Shown here: positions 37,594 to 50,900 of the stretch, in pieces
How the letters are laid out: each line of letters begins with the position of its first letter
How positions within the stretch are numbered: the first letter of the stretch is position 1
DNA from: Prorocentrum cordatum
Taxonomy: Eukaryota
Reading direction: 5' to 3'
Assembly: GCA_963575745.1 (NCBI GenBank)
Contig: CAUYUJ010000070.1
Span: forward strand, 1-64,000
DNA length: 64,000 nucleotides
Made by a program: the position numbers and the translations under genes
The notes under the pieces: model-generated
Database searches by the model: none
The model's input: only the letters and a program-made list of their open reading frames with translations
What the model was told of the DNA's origin: nothing

Positions 37594-40500
37594 GGAGGAG
37601 AAGGAGGAGGAGGAGGACGACTTTTCCATCCTCTTTTCTACCCCGTCCTACATATGGTAGTGGGTGTGAAACATTTGCACATCAGAGGAGATCGCCGAGA
37701 AGACCCCGCAGCGAGCGCGCATCGCGCTGAAGACGCAGGTGACGAAGCTGCTCACGGACAAGGACGGCAACGTGTGCGGTTGCGTCTGCAAGGACAAGGA
37801 TGGCAAGGTGTACGAGGAGCGGCACGTGCTGCACACGCACATAATGTTAGATATCCGTGTATACATGTATGGATTCATGCATGTGTGTAGGAATGCATGT
37901 ATTTATGTATGTATATTAATATGTAGGCATGCGTCATGCATGTATATATGTATGCATGTGTGTATGTATGTATGCATGCATGCATGCACATACATGAATG
38001 TATGACTATATGATTGTATGTATGTTTGTGTGTATGTTGTATGACTGTGTATGTATGCATGCATGCATGTATGTGTATATATGTCTATGCAGTTATGCAT
38101 GTATGTATTTATGTACGTGGGTATGTGTGTGTGTTCATGCATGTATGTATGAATGTATGTATGTGTGTGTATGCATATCTATGTATGGATGCGTGCATTC
38201 ATGTTTGTATGTTTGCATGCAGACATGCATGCGTGTATATTTTGTTTGCAGGCATGCACGCATCTATGTATGTATGTATGTATGTATGCATGTATGTATG
38301 TATGCATATAGGCATGTGTGTAGGTGTGTACGCATGTATTCACGTATGTGTGTAGGTACGTATGTACATACGTATGTACATAGGTATGTATGCATGTATG
38401 TATGTATGTATGCATGTATGTTTGTATGCGTGTATATGTATGCATGTATGTATGCATGTATGCATGTATGCATGTATGTATGTATGTATGTATGTATGTA
38501 TGTATGTATACATGCATGCATGCATGTATGCATGCATGCATGCATGTATGTATGTATGTATGGATGGATGGATGCATGTATGTATGTATGTATGTATGTA
38601 TGTTTCAATGTATGGCTGTATGCATGCATGTATGTACGCACATATGTATGTATGTGTGTATGCATATATGTATGTATAAGTGTATGCATGCATGCATGTA
38701 TATAGGTAGGTATCTAGGTCTGTATGCATTTATGTGTGTATGTATGTATGTATGTATGTATGCATGCATGCATGCATGCATGCATGCATGAATATATGTA
38801 TTTATATATGCATGTGTTTTCGAGACGCTTCGTGTTCTCGCCGAAGCGGAGAACGACCAGTGATAATATGCACATACAAATTCGGAGGTCCGCGCGGATT
38901 TCTCGGATTGGCGCTAGGGCCCCCTGGCGGCGCCTTCGGTGCCGCCCCTGGTGCGCTCCGCGCGGATCCGAGAATTTCGCGCGGATCTCCGAGTCTTTAT
39001 GTTTATGTCATCGTTTGTTCCCCTAGAGGAGCATGGTCCTGTCGTCATCGCCACGGGCGGTTTCGGCGCAGACTTCACCGCCGACTCGCTGCTCAGCAAG
39101 TACCGCCCCGACCTGGCGCACCTGCCGACCACCAACGGGGAGCACTGCACTGGCGACGGCCTCAAGATGTCCATGGAGGTGGGCTGCGACATGGTCGACC
39201 TCGAGTGGGTGCAGGTGCACCCCACGGGCCTCGTGCACCCGGAGGAGCCGGACGCCAAGGTTTAAGTCGGGTCTGTCCCTCTACAGGGGGAAAATGCAAA
39301 GATAGCCCAAAAATTAGTCCAGGGGCGATTTTGTTTTATTGTTTTGGGGCATTTGTTTGAACATTTTTTGTGTATGTTTGGGGTATTTTTTTTTGATTTT
39401 TCGTGCAAAATCCGTCTGCAGGGGGACTTGCCCGACCTAATGCCAAGGTGAAGTTCCTGGCGGCGGAGGCCCTCCGCGGCGTCGGCGGCGTTCTGCTGGA
39501 CATGAACGGCAACAGGCCGGAGGGTGCCAAGTGCGCGTGTTTGTAATTCATTATTTTGCCGATCGTCGCGGGCCCTCGCACCTCTCGCTCCCCCCCCCCG
39601 TGAGGTAGATCTTGGCTGTTTTTTGGCGCCCCTCTCGAGCAGGTGGAGTCCCCCCCAGAGGACGCCCAGTCCCAAACAGTCGCACTACAGTGTCGTTTTT
39701 TATACATGCTCCGCGTGCGGATCATGTGCAACAAATACAGGGATGTAGTATTACTAAAAACGATGAGTTCATGCATAGATTCATTCATACATTGATCATG
39801 TATTCATCCCATATTGTGAAGCATCCCATGTATTAAAATCTGCCCTGTAAGCAGAGGTCTTGAGCCAGATCTTCCCCCCCTCCCCCCCCCCTTTCCGCCC
39901 AATGTCGAAGCGCCGAATGAAGAAACGTTCACCAACCGTTCACGCAGGAGGCATCTTTGTCAGAGTCGTGATCGCAGAAATCCCCCAACAGTGTCTGCAC
40001 TCAGGGTTCCTCTCCCTTGCGAGGAGCTGGGCCTGTGCGCCGGTTTGGCCGCCTCGTGGCCGCCCTGTCGCCACCCGTCGCCGCCGCAGAGTTGCGGCCA
40101 CGACTCGGATTGCGAGGGGCTCGCAGCCGGGGCCGTGCGCGGGCCTGGCCAGCCTGGGGCCGCGCGTCGCCGCCGTGCGTCGCTGCACCGTTTTTGTTGC
40201 CGGCGGATTCGAGTTGCGAGGCTCGCATTGCTTTGCTTTGCCTTGCATTGCGTTGCTTTGCGTTGCTTCGCATTGTTTCGCATTGCATTGCATTGTTCTG
40301 CATTGCAATGTGTTGCGTTGCATTGCGTTGCATTGCTTTGAATTGCATTGCATTTCATTGCTTTACATCTGTTTGCGTTTGGATGACATGCGCCACAGCT
40401 TGCATCGCAGAGCTCACTCCACATGGATCAGCGCGTTAGGTACTACCACCTATATTGCACCACATACCCGAGGTAGGTCTTCTCTCCGTTTCTCTCGGCG

Positions 40501-43500
40501 GGCAATAAACCCCGCCCCTCCTCCTATTCCTTCTCCTCTTCCTCCTCCTCCTCCGCAATAACACAATATGAATACGACTCTTCTCTCTCCTCGGGTGACG
40601 TCCGGGAACTGTTCGGCCTCTCTCCGCGTATTGGTTTTTGACACCAGATTCCCGAGAGTTGGGTTTTCAGTTGATCTCTGTCCCAACCATCCTGTGGTGT
40701 TGGGTCCTCGTTTTGAAGAGACTGCGCCCCGCGATCCTTCCATGCCGCCACCTCGCCATTTCAGCACACCCCTCACACGCTTCGTGGCCCCATAGGGAGC
40801 TCCGCCGAAGGCCCCAGTGCCTGGGCCCGCATGCCGCCACCTCGCCATTTCAGCACACCCCTCACACGCTTCGTGGCCCCATAGGGAGCTCCGCCGAAGG
40901 CACCAGTGGGAGGGCCCGCATGCCGCCACCTCGCCATTTCGGCACACCCCTCACACGCTTCGTGGCCCCACAGGGAGCTCCACCGACGGCCCCAGTGGGA
41001 GGGCCCGCATGCCGCCACCTCGGCATTTCGGCACACCCCTCACACGCTTCGTGGCCACATAGGGAGCTCTGCCGACGGCCATAGTGCCCGGGCCCGCATG
41101 CCGCCACCTCGCCATTTCGGCACACCCCTCACATGCTTCGTGGCCCCATAGGGAGCTCCGCCGAAGGCCCCAGTGGGAGGGCCCGCATGCCGCCGACTCG
41201 CCATTTCGGCACACCCCTCAAACGCTTCGTGGCCCCATAGGGAGCTCCACCGAAGGCCCCAGTGGGAGGGCCCGCATGCCGCCACCTCGCCATTTCGGCA
41301 CACCCCTCGCACGCTTCGTGGCCTCATAGGGAGCTCCACCGAATGCCCCAGTGGGAGGGCCCGCATGCCGCCACCTCGCCATTTCGGCACGCCCCTCACA
41401 CGCTTCGTGGCCCCATAGGGAGCTCCACCGAAGGCCCCAGTGCCGGGGCCCGCATGCCGCCACCTCGCCATTTCGGCACACCCTTCACACGCTTCGTGGC
41501 CCCATAGGGTGCTCCACCGAAGGCCCCAGTGGCAGGGCCCGCATGCCGCCACCTCGCCATTTCGGCACACCCTTCACACGCTTCGTGGCTCCATAGGGAG
41601 CTCCACCGACGGCCCCAGTGGGCGCACATGCCGCCACCTCGTCATTGCGGCACACCCCTTACATGCTTCGTGGCCCCATAGGGAGCTCCGCCGAAGGCCC
41701 CAGTGCCTGGGCCCGCATGCCGCCACCTCGCCATTTCGGCACACCCCTCACACGCTTCGTGGCCCCATAGGGAGCTCCGCCGAAGGCCCCAGTGGGATGG
41801 CCCGCATGCAACCACCTCGCCATTTCGGCACACCCCTCATACGCTTCGTGGCCCCGTCGGGAGCTCCACCGAAGGCTCCAGTGCCAGGGCCCGCATGCCG
41901 CCGCATCGTCATTTCGGCACACTTCTCACACGCTTCGTAGCCCCGTAGGGAGCTTCACCGAAGGCCCCAGAGGCTGCGTTTGCATGCGGTTCCACCCCCC
42001 CCTTTCGGCGAACCCCTCACGCGTTCCATGGCCCCACAGGGTGCTCCACCTGAGGCCCCAGTGCCAGCGCCCGCATGTGGTTCCACCCCACGTGTTGGTG
42101 CACCCCTTGCACGTTTCGTGGCTTGAGGCGGCACCACCGAAGGCCGCAGCGGCAGGGTCCGCATGACGGTGCCGCCCCATTTCTGCACACCCCTCGCACG
42201 TTTCGTGGCCCCATGGGGAGCTCCACCGAACGCCCTAGTGGAAAAGGCCGTCTGACGCCGACGGGCCACTTTGCCACACCCCTCCAACGTTCCGTGGCCG
42301 CATGGGAGGAGGAGGAGGATGAGGAGGAAGAGGAGGAGGAGGAGAAGGAGGAGGAGAAGGAGGAAGATTTGGAGGGGGAGGAGGAGGAGGAGGAGGAGGG
42401 AAGGAGGAGGAGGAGGAGTCGGGGGAGGAGGAGGAGGAGGAGGAGGAGGAGGAGGAGGAGGAGGAGGAGGAGGAGGAGGGGAGGAGGAGGAGGAGGAGGA
42501 GGAGGAGGATCCACCGAAGATGGTACTCACAACTGCGGTTCGTATCACAGTGCCAGGGCCCGCATGCCGGCACCGTGCAGGTTCGGCACACCCCTCACAC
42601 GTTTCCGTGGGTCCGTAGGGGGCCCCACCGACGGCCCCCACATGCCAGCGTTCGCATGCGCCCGCCGCACCCAGTTCGGCACACCCCTCACACGTTGCCG
42701 TGGCTCTATAGGGGGCTCCTCCCAATGCGGTGCATGCAACGACGGTATTTACAATTGCTCATGGTTGGGTCATCGACGGCTAAAGACTCCTGCCAGAGAG
42801 TGGTTGCCAAGGCCAAGATCTGGGCAGGCAAATGGGCAGGAGACAGTGGAAGTTGTCCCAAGATTCGGGCCCTTTGGCATAAGGCCCAGTCGAGGGCCAC
42901 CTGGAACCTACGGCCCCCGCGTAGTGCCGATTGGTTCCGTATGGTCATCTCGGCCTTGCTTGAAAAAGCTCCAGGTGTGGATAGGCTGTCCAAGAAGGAC
43001 TTCCAGTCGCTGCCGCCGTTGGGCCTACAGCAGTTAGCTGATTTTTATGCGCTAGTCGAGCAGAAAGTTTGTTGGCCTTGGCAGGCCCTGGTGGTGCTTG
43101 CCACGCTCCAAGTCAAAGAAGAGGACTCTGACCGTGCGATTGGCCTGCTGGCCTGGGTTGTCCGTTTTGGGGGGCGACTGCGAACCTCGGACCGAGCGGG
43201 TTGGACTAAAGAGCGAGCGGGGCCGTGGACACGGCACTCGCGGGCTGTTCTGCACTACAAGTTGCCTTTTATAAGATTGCTCAGAGATGAGCAAGCAGCG
43301 CACTCTTCTCTGCCAGACTATCAGAGTGCGAGCTTGCTCTGGGATGTGACAGGTTTTTACGGTAACCTCCGCTGGGACCTGGTACCGGACCACGCTTTGG
43401 AATTAGAGTTTCCTCCATGTTATTTGGCCCTGGCGCTCCAGGTCCATATGGCCACCAGGTTTTTGAGAGAGGCTGGAGTTTTATTTTTCGGGCAGTGCAG

Positions 43501-46500
43501 CCAGGTATGTCCTTCATCCCAGGCAGCAGTGGTGCAGTTGATTTAGGCAGGGCGGCCCTTCACTTCGTCCGCAGTGCAGTAGCAACGGGCAGGCCCTTGC
43601 CAACACTGCACTTTTTGGGTAGACGACATTGTGCAGTGCATGTATGGGGACAGTGGCAGAGTTTTTGCTGAGCTCTCGAAGTTGGGCCTTGATTTCGTCC
43701 AAGGCCTGCGCGCGATCAAATTGCACACTGCGCCGAGATCGGCCTTCATTTCCTCGTTCTGGGCGTTGGCCGTAAGACCCAAGGATTTCTTCAGCGGGCA
43801 AGGCATCCGCGTGCAGGCCAAACGAGTAGCAGCAGATCTAGGTACTGACCGAGGCCAGGTGAAGGCATCGCGACCCAGGCAGGCCAGCAGGAGGGCTGGA
43901 GCCAATCGTAGATTGCAAAGGCTGGACAAGCTGGCTAAATGCAAGACGCTGTGCAAGAAATGGGCGCGAAACATGGCATTGACCTCGGCTTCTTCAAAAG
44001 CTAAAGATTCTGATAAGGTCCACGGCGCCCCACCAAGTGTTGTCCTTGGTTGGCGGAGAGCGCTGGGGAGTCTTACGGGGGGAGTCTCTAAGGGGGGTAG
44101 GTACTTGACCACAGCTCTAAAGTCCGGTCGGCGAGACCCGGCCTTCTCTGCGATGTTTGATGCGATCGAGGCTTGGTTTCATATTTTAACCCATGCTAGG
44201 TTCGATGCCGATAAGACGAGGCGAGTGTGGCGTAGAGTCGCAGTTGACCTAGAACCCAAGCCAGCAGGAAATAGATGGCGAAGCGTGGGCGCCCCAGTTG
44301 CCGCCACGATCGCCACTCTGCTGGATGTGGGTCAGAAGCCCTGGGGGCCCTGGGCCTGCGAGGGCGACCTCGGTGAGCGGCTCGCGATTTCAGAAACCAG
44401 GCTCGGGCGAGGCACGGTTGACCTTCCGATCCTTCCGGAACTCTGGCCCAAAGTAAGGAACGCCAGAGATCGCTGGCCAGGAAGGGGAAGCACGACCGGA
44501 GAGGGATCTTGCGGGCTGTGGCTGCTGGCAACCAGCTGGCCACGCGCGGGGCTCCAAGAAGGGGGTCTCGCCCAGGACGGCTCCTGTGAGAGATGTGGGG
44601 AGCTGGTGGAGTGTGACGTGCACCGTGCGTGGAGCTGTCAGAAGAATCGTGTTTTTTCCTAGGTCCCAGACTTCGTGCGAAGGCGAGCCCTGGCTGATTG
44701 TGAAAGTAATCCAAGCCTCTGGCTGCGAGGGCTGACGCCGAGCAGCTGGACCGCCGTGCCCCCTCCCCCCGAGGGTGAGGAGTCCAGACCTGCGGGGGGG
44801 ACCTGAGGGAGGCTATGGTGGACGGTTTTCTGTTTGGATGGGGGCGAAGCTAGTGGGGCTCCAGACACACAGGACCCTGCCCTCCGTAGGGTTGCCTGGT
44901 CTTGGGTTGTGTTTAAGGGTCTCCGAGTTGGAGGACATTATGACCCCAGAGAGTTCCAGGCCCACGCAGTGAGCTTTGCGAATGTGCCTGGATGGCGCCA
45001 GTCGGTCAACAGAGGGGGAAGCGTTGAGTTTCCTGCAATTCTTGAACGCTGACCCCCCTGTTGCAGACGGCTTCTTTGTGATGGATTCCACGTATGTTGT
45101 GAAGGATTATAAAGAGTTCGGGTCGGAATCCATCTGACATCTTACCTTAATGTGTGGCAGCGTGCCAAGGACTTGCTAGCCCAACACCCGTCGAGGGGAG
45201 TCGTGCTAGCCAAAGTCGACAGCCACAGGAACATTGACGACATCAGCGGCCTGGGTACCGCCTCCTTGTATTATCTTTTGAATGATCTTGCTGACCGAAT
45301 AGCGAACACATGGGCAGATAACATTCGAATCTATTGTTGTGGTGAGGGACAGCAGGTCCCATGCCCAGGCGATTGCTTTTCAAGTTCGCCAGCACCTCGG
45401 TCACAGTCTATTGGCATCGATTGAAGCTGAAGGGACTCGCGCTCCCATAGAGTCGGTTTCGAAGCCCAACAGGCGCGATATTAAGGTCCAATTGCTGTTG
45501 ACTGCTCACCAGCCTGTTTTGGGGACGGCTTCCCAGGTCCGCTGTCATTATTGCGGAAGTTGTGCGCCATACAAGTTGGCGGGTAAGTTTTTAGCGGCCT
45601 ATTGCCACCAGCTTATTTAAGGGGATGCTTATGGTGCCCACGAAGAGCACAGTGAATAGCATTAAGTTGCGTAACTCCCACGCCTTCGCCTATCACAAGG
45701 AGTTCGGGAGCACAGTTTGTCTGTCTTGTGGCTGTGTGGCCACCCAGGCTGTCAGGAGGTTAGCGGAAGTATGCACTTCCCGGCTGAACCATTATGGCAG
45801 GCGGCACTTGAGGACAGTGCAGCAAGGTCGGCCACCTGGCTCCTCAAAGCTGGCCGAGATGCAAGCTGCCCAGAAAAAAAGGTCCTGCGCTAAACCGTTC
45901 AACTCCGCCCAAGGCTGGAAGGAACAAAAACATGTAACGCGATGCTGTGCTACGACATCCGACCGTGCGAATCGAGAGGGTATCTACGCCACGATAAGGG
46001 ATGGGACGGAAGGTTCGGACGTCAGGTGTGACCTGAGGGCACCTAGCTTGTCCTGCCCGCCTCCTCCTTTTCCCTCTCCTCCTCATCCTGCTCCTCCTGC
46101 TCCTCCTCCTCCTCCTCCTCCTCCACCTGATTTTCTTCGTCTCCTTCCTGCGGAGGAGGAGGAGGAAAGGAAGAGGAAAAGACAGAGGAGGAGGAGGAGG
46201 AGGAGGAGGAGGAGGAGGAGGATGAGGACAGGCAAGACGAGGAGATCAAGGACGGGGAGGCCCCTGTAGTTGTACTCGTTGTCCTTGTTGGTGCCATTTC
46301 CTCTTACTGGTGGGTGCCGCGCAGAAATCGCCATTTCCCCTTACTGGTGGGACCCGAGTCCGTCAAGAAGGGCGCCGAAAGAACAATTTGTTTCCACTGT
46401 TGGGGAGGGGCTGCGAAAGACCCACCTCGGTTGCCTTACGCCGCATAGCTCGCCCCACAGGCTACCCCATTCAGATCACCACATAGCTTGCACCCTGCAG

Positions 46501-47922
46501 ATTGCACTACACATCTTCAACCACATACTACGGGGGTCAGCCTCGCCTCGTCGTCGGGCCGCGACGGGGTCGGAGCGCCGTCGGTTCCCGGCGGCTGCCC
46601 GCGACGGGGGTCGATGCGGGGCTGTCGGCGGGGGTGACGCCCCCGCCCGACGCTTCAGAAGAAGCTCGGAGCAGCCTGTGCCTCGTGTACCCAGGTGCCT
46701 GCCGCGCGTCCCGCCGCGGCGCCTGCCCGACAGCCTGGGCGGCGACTGCTCGAGGGGCGGCACGGGGGACCGTCGCGTGTGGCACCTCGAGCCGCCAGGC
46801 TTGGGAGAGTCGTGGTGCACAGGCGATCGCAAACGTGGATCAAGGGGGCGTGGATGCGCGACGGGTCCCGTTCCCACGGGAAATCGCGCATTTCCGCCAT
46901 GGATTTGGCGACCGCGCGCCAAGTCCAAGGATCACTAATCCATGTCTGCGCGACCCCGAGTACTTTGGGTGATGACCTGTCTTGGACTCCGCTGGCCATG
47001 TGCTGTGAGGCAGCTGTACAGGAGAGGGCACAGAGGACGGAGTGGGTACACGGTTCAGTTCGGAGGCATCCGCCGATTCAGCATGGGTCGGGCTTGAGGC
47101 GTCTCGAAGAACGCACCCCAATCGCTGGCATTTGGCGCCGTTGGCCATCGGCGTGCAGCGTCGCTGTTTTGCGCCCGCTGTCCCGCGCGGTCCCGCCGGG
47201 CTGGGCCCGTCCGCGCGCAGGAGCGCCGGGTGTCCGCACGGCCTGCGCGCGTGCTGGTCGGCAGGGCGCGCGCGGGTGCGCCCTGCCACGCCACTGGCAT
47301 GACCCGCTCGCTTCCGCGAGGTGCAGGAGGAGATCCTGGCTTGCGACATCCGCGCGGACGGCTGCGTCCGACAGGACATCGAGCCGATAGCGATAGCGAT
47401 AGCGATGGCTTGCGACATCCATTTGACAATCTCGAAGAAATCAGGGATCGCGTTCCTTCGGGCACCGTGCGCGACCCCGGGCCCCCTAAGAGACACTCTG
47501 GGCCGTCTTGAGGGCGCAGGAAGGCGAGAAGTGCACGGTCCTCCAGCGGGTGCGCTAGGGATGTGAGGTCCAGGAGTCGGCAGCCCACGGGGCGTCGGAG
47601 CAGGGCGAGGAAAGACATGAGGACGATGACGAGGCACGAACAAACGTAAGTGTCGACGATGGTGAAGAGGACCAGGGCTGAGGACTGTGGTGGACAAGAG
47701 GGGTGAAGAACGTGATGACGATTCAGATGCTAATGATGAAGGTGATGGTGACGGCGATGATGGTGATGATGATGATGCTTATGATGATGCTGTTGCTGAT
47801 GCTGATGATGCTGCTGCTGATGATGATGATGATGCTGGTGTTGATGCTGCTGATGATGATGATGATGCTGGTGTTGATGCTGCTGCTGATGCTGATGCTG
47901 ATGCTGATGCTGATGCTGATGA

Positions 47923-47956
<34 letters not shown>

Positions 47957-50900
47957 GGTGGTGATGATGATGATGATGCTGCTGCTGCTGCTGCTGATAA
48001 TGAAGAGCAACTCCGTCACATGTAACACCTCGCTTTTGTCGTTTTTCGAGGGAGAGGCCGGCGACGGGTCTTCTAAGGCCGTCTTGGGTCCAACAGGAGG
48101 CCCTGTGAGGTCGTCCTGGGGGCGTCTCGGATGCTTCCTGGGCCGTCGGGGAGTCCCCTCGGGCCATCTGTGGGGCCGTGGGCTGTCCTGGAGCCCTCTT
48201 GGAGGCATCTAGGGCCGTCCTGAAGGTTTGGGGATGCGGGAAGTGCCCGATCCTCTTAGCGAGTATGCATGGGATTAGGGATTTTTGGAGTAAAAAGCCA
48301 TGCGGGATGTGCAGGCGCGCGTGGAATGAGGGTGCAGGCATTCGTTTCCACGTGGGACGTGCGTCATCCTCGAGTGGACACGCGTGGAATGGGGGATGCG
48401 GCATTCGCTGCCATGCTGGAGGTGCGCCATCCTGGAGCGGGCACGACGGAATTGGCCTTGGAAAGGAGGGGCACTGTACGCAGGAGTCTGCTAGCATATA
48501 GTAGAATTCAAAAACCTTGCGAGGCAGACTTCGAGATTCTCCCACGCCTCAGCGTGCCAGCTCAGCATCCCATCTTCCAACCTCCAGCCTCCGACTTTCC
48601 ACTTACACCTCAACCTTTCGACTTCCAGCGTCCACCAGTTGAGCCTTCCGACCTCCAACGTCTCGCATCCAATGTTCCACTTCCATCTCCACCCATTGAC
48701 CTCCAGCCCCCGCCAGCTCAGCATTCCGACCTCCAGCCTTCAGCTTCCGACTTTCCAAGTCCACCTCCACCTATCGACACCCAGCGTGCATCAGTTCAGC
48801 ATTCCGACTTCCAGCCTCCAGCATCCGATTCGCCATGCCCACCTCCGGACTGTAGCGTCCACTAGTTCAGCATTCCGACCTCCCACCTCCAGCATCCGAC
48901 TCTCCATTTCCACCTCCACCCATTGACCTCCAGCCCCCACCATCTCAACACTCCGACCTCCAGCCCCCAACATGGGGAGGAGAAGGAGAAGGGCGCATCT
49001 TGCTTGCTGCCGCCGCTGCACGCCACCGCTCGATAGTCCGATCGATAATTCACTTAAATGAAACTGCCGCCTGCGAGATCGACTCACGATGGCCGAAACG
49101 GTAGAAACGGTAGGAGGGCGAACAACCTGCGATGTCGTGTCCGGCGACGTTCCACTTTGCATCCTCCAGCAGCGGCCCGCGAGATCCGAAGCCGGCCAGG
49201 CCAGCTCCGGCACCCGGCATAGGTCAATGCAGATGCCAGCTCCTTCTTCTCGTCTTCCACCCCGCAGCTATGGTGAAGTCGGGCCGGTCCCTCTGCAGGG
49301 GGGATATTCAAAAATAGCCAAAATTTAGTCGGGGGACTATGTTTTGAGTATTCTTGGGCATCTTCTGAGCATGTTTTGAGTATTTCTTATTTTTCGTTCG
49401 ACATCCCCCTGTAGGGGGACAGGCCAGACCTAGAGCTATGGACTTGACATCCAGCGTCCGACCTCACCTGCGACCCCCAAACCTCCCGCCTCCAGCCTTC
49501 AACCTCCGCCCATTGACCTCCAGCCTCCGCCAGCTCAGCATTCCGACTTCCAACCTCCAGCATCTGACTTTCTGTTTCCACCCGCACCTTTCGACTTGCA
49601 GCGTTCACCAGTTGAGCCTTCTGACCTCCTACCTTTAGCATCCGACTCTTCATTTCCACCTTCGCCCATTCTGACCTCCAGCCTCCAGCATCCGACTTTC
49701 CAAGTCTACCTCTATATCGACATCCAGCGCCCATCAGTTCAGCATTCCAACCTCCAGCTACAAGGTTCTGACTCCCAGCGTCCACCAGCATTGTCTTCAA
49801 GCCGACTCACGCCCTTAACCAGCCGACCTCCGACCGCGAAGTATTCCCAGCGTCTACCGCAATCCACCTCCAAACCTCGACCGCTGACCGACCCACAATC
49901 TCAAGACACGGGCTGCGTTCTTACGATCAGACATCAGGATGCGTGGTCATTGAACGACGACCGCATAGATGAGGCCAGCAGCAATTTCCGCACGACCCAG
50001 TGGGACATGGAATTGTCCAACGAGACTCGGACGACAACGAGTTCAGGCATTTGGGAGACCTTGAACGGCCATATGTGAGCTGGCTCTGGCCACGCATATC
50101 AAATCTACGGGGTGGGGGTGTTGGTGCGCCAGCGACGGAAGAAGCACGTCCAACAAACTATAAACCCAAGGCTGGTAACGCTTCACATGCGACGATATTC
50201 TGTCAAACTCATGCTGATTGCCGCGTATTTCCCGCACGCGAACTACTCCGACTACCACGTGCAGAACTTGTGCACACTCATATATGCATTGCGCGCCGAA
50301 GCACGTAACCAGCAGCACAACGCAGTCTGAGCAGGCGAGTTCAATGAACTTGTCGGGCACCTAGAAGCGAACCAGCCGTCGAGTAACGACAATAATGATA
50401 CGTTCGACGACGAGCGCATGGTCGATTCCAGGCACATTTGAAGCCACGCGTGCGAGCAGTGGGATTCGAGAGGAGCTTGGCTGCGTGCACGGGCGTCCGA
50501 AGACCATCTCATTGTTGTCAGCGCCTTCTTCCGCAGGCAGGTTCCGAGGATGACGACGTACACGCACAACGACGTCACCGTGAAGCACATCGATTACATC
50601 TTGACCTCCAGGCGCCTGTTTCGATGCTGTCGTAACGCAGAGGCGAGCGCCATATTGGATCTGGGGTCAGACCCAAATAGCCGTGTCCGCGCAGTTTTTT
50701 GTTGTAAAACAACGACGTCCAACGGGCAGCCAACGGATTGCAGACAAACGCAACCATGCGAGAGCACCGCGTAGCACGATCACCTGCTGATGGAATGACA
50801 CACTGGCACGGACACAACGACAACCGCGCACCAAATGACGGCTGCAGACATGCCGCGGCACCCAGAGGAGCTCAATGAGCACATCCCAAAATGAATAGTG

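Noticed and set aside
36362..37730. ORF-track proteins of 291 aa and 278 aa as complete genes
   Set aside because: Each contains one real exon read through into intron sequence.
46540..47570. Possible DIRS-like or other retroelement fragment ([12 protein letters not shown])
   Set aside because: Only a vague resemblance, with no catalytic motif identifiable by eye.
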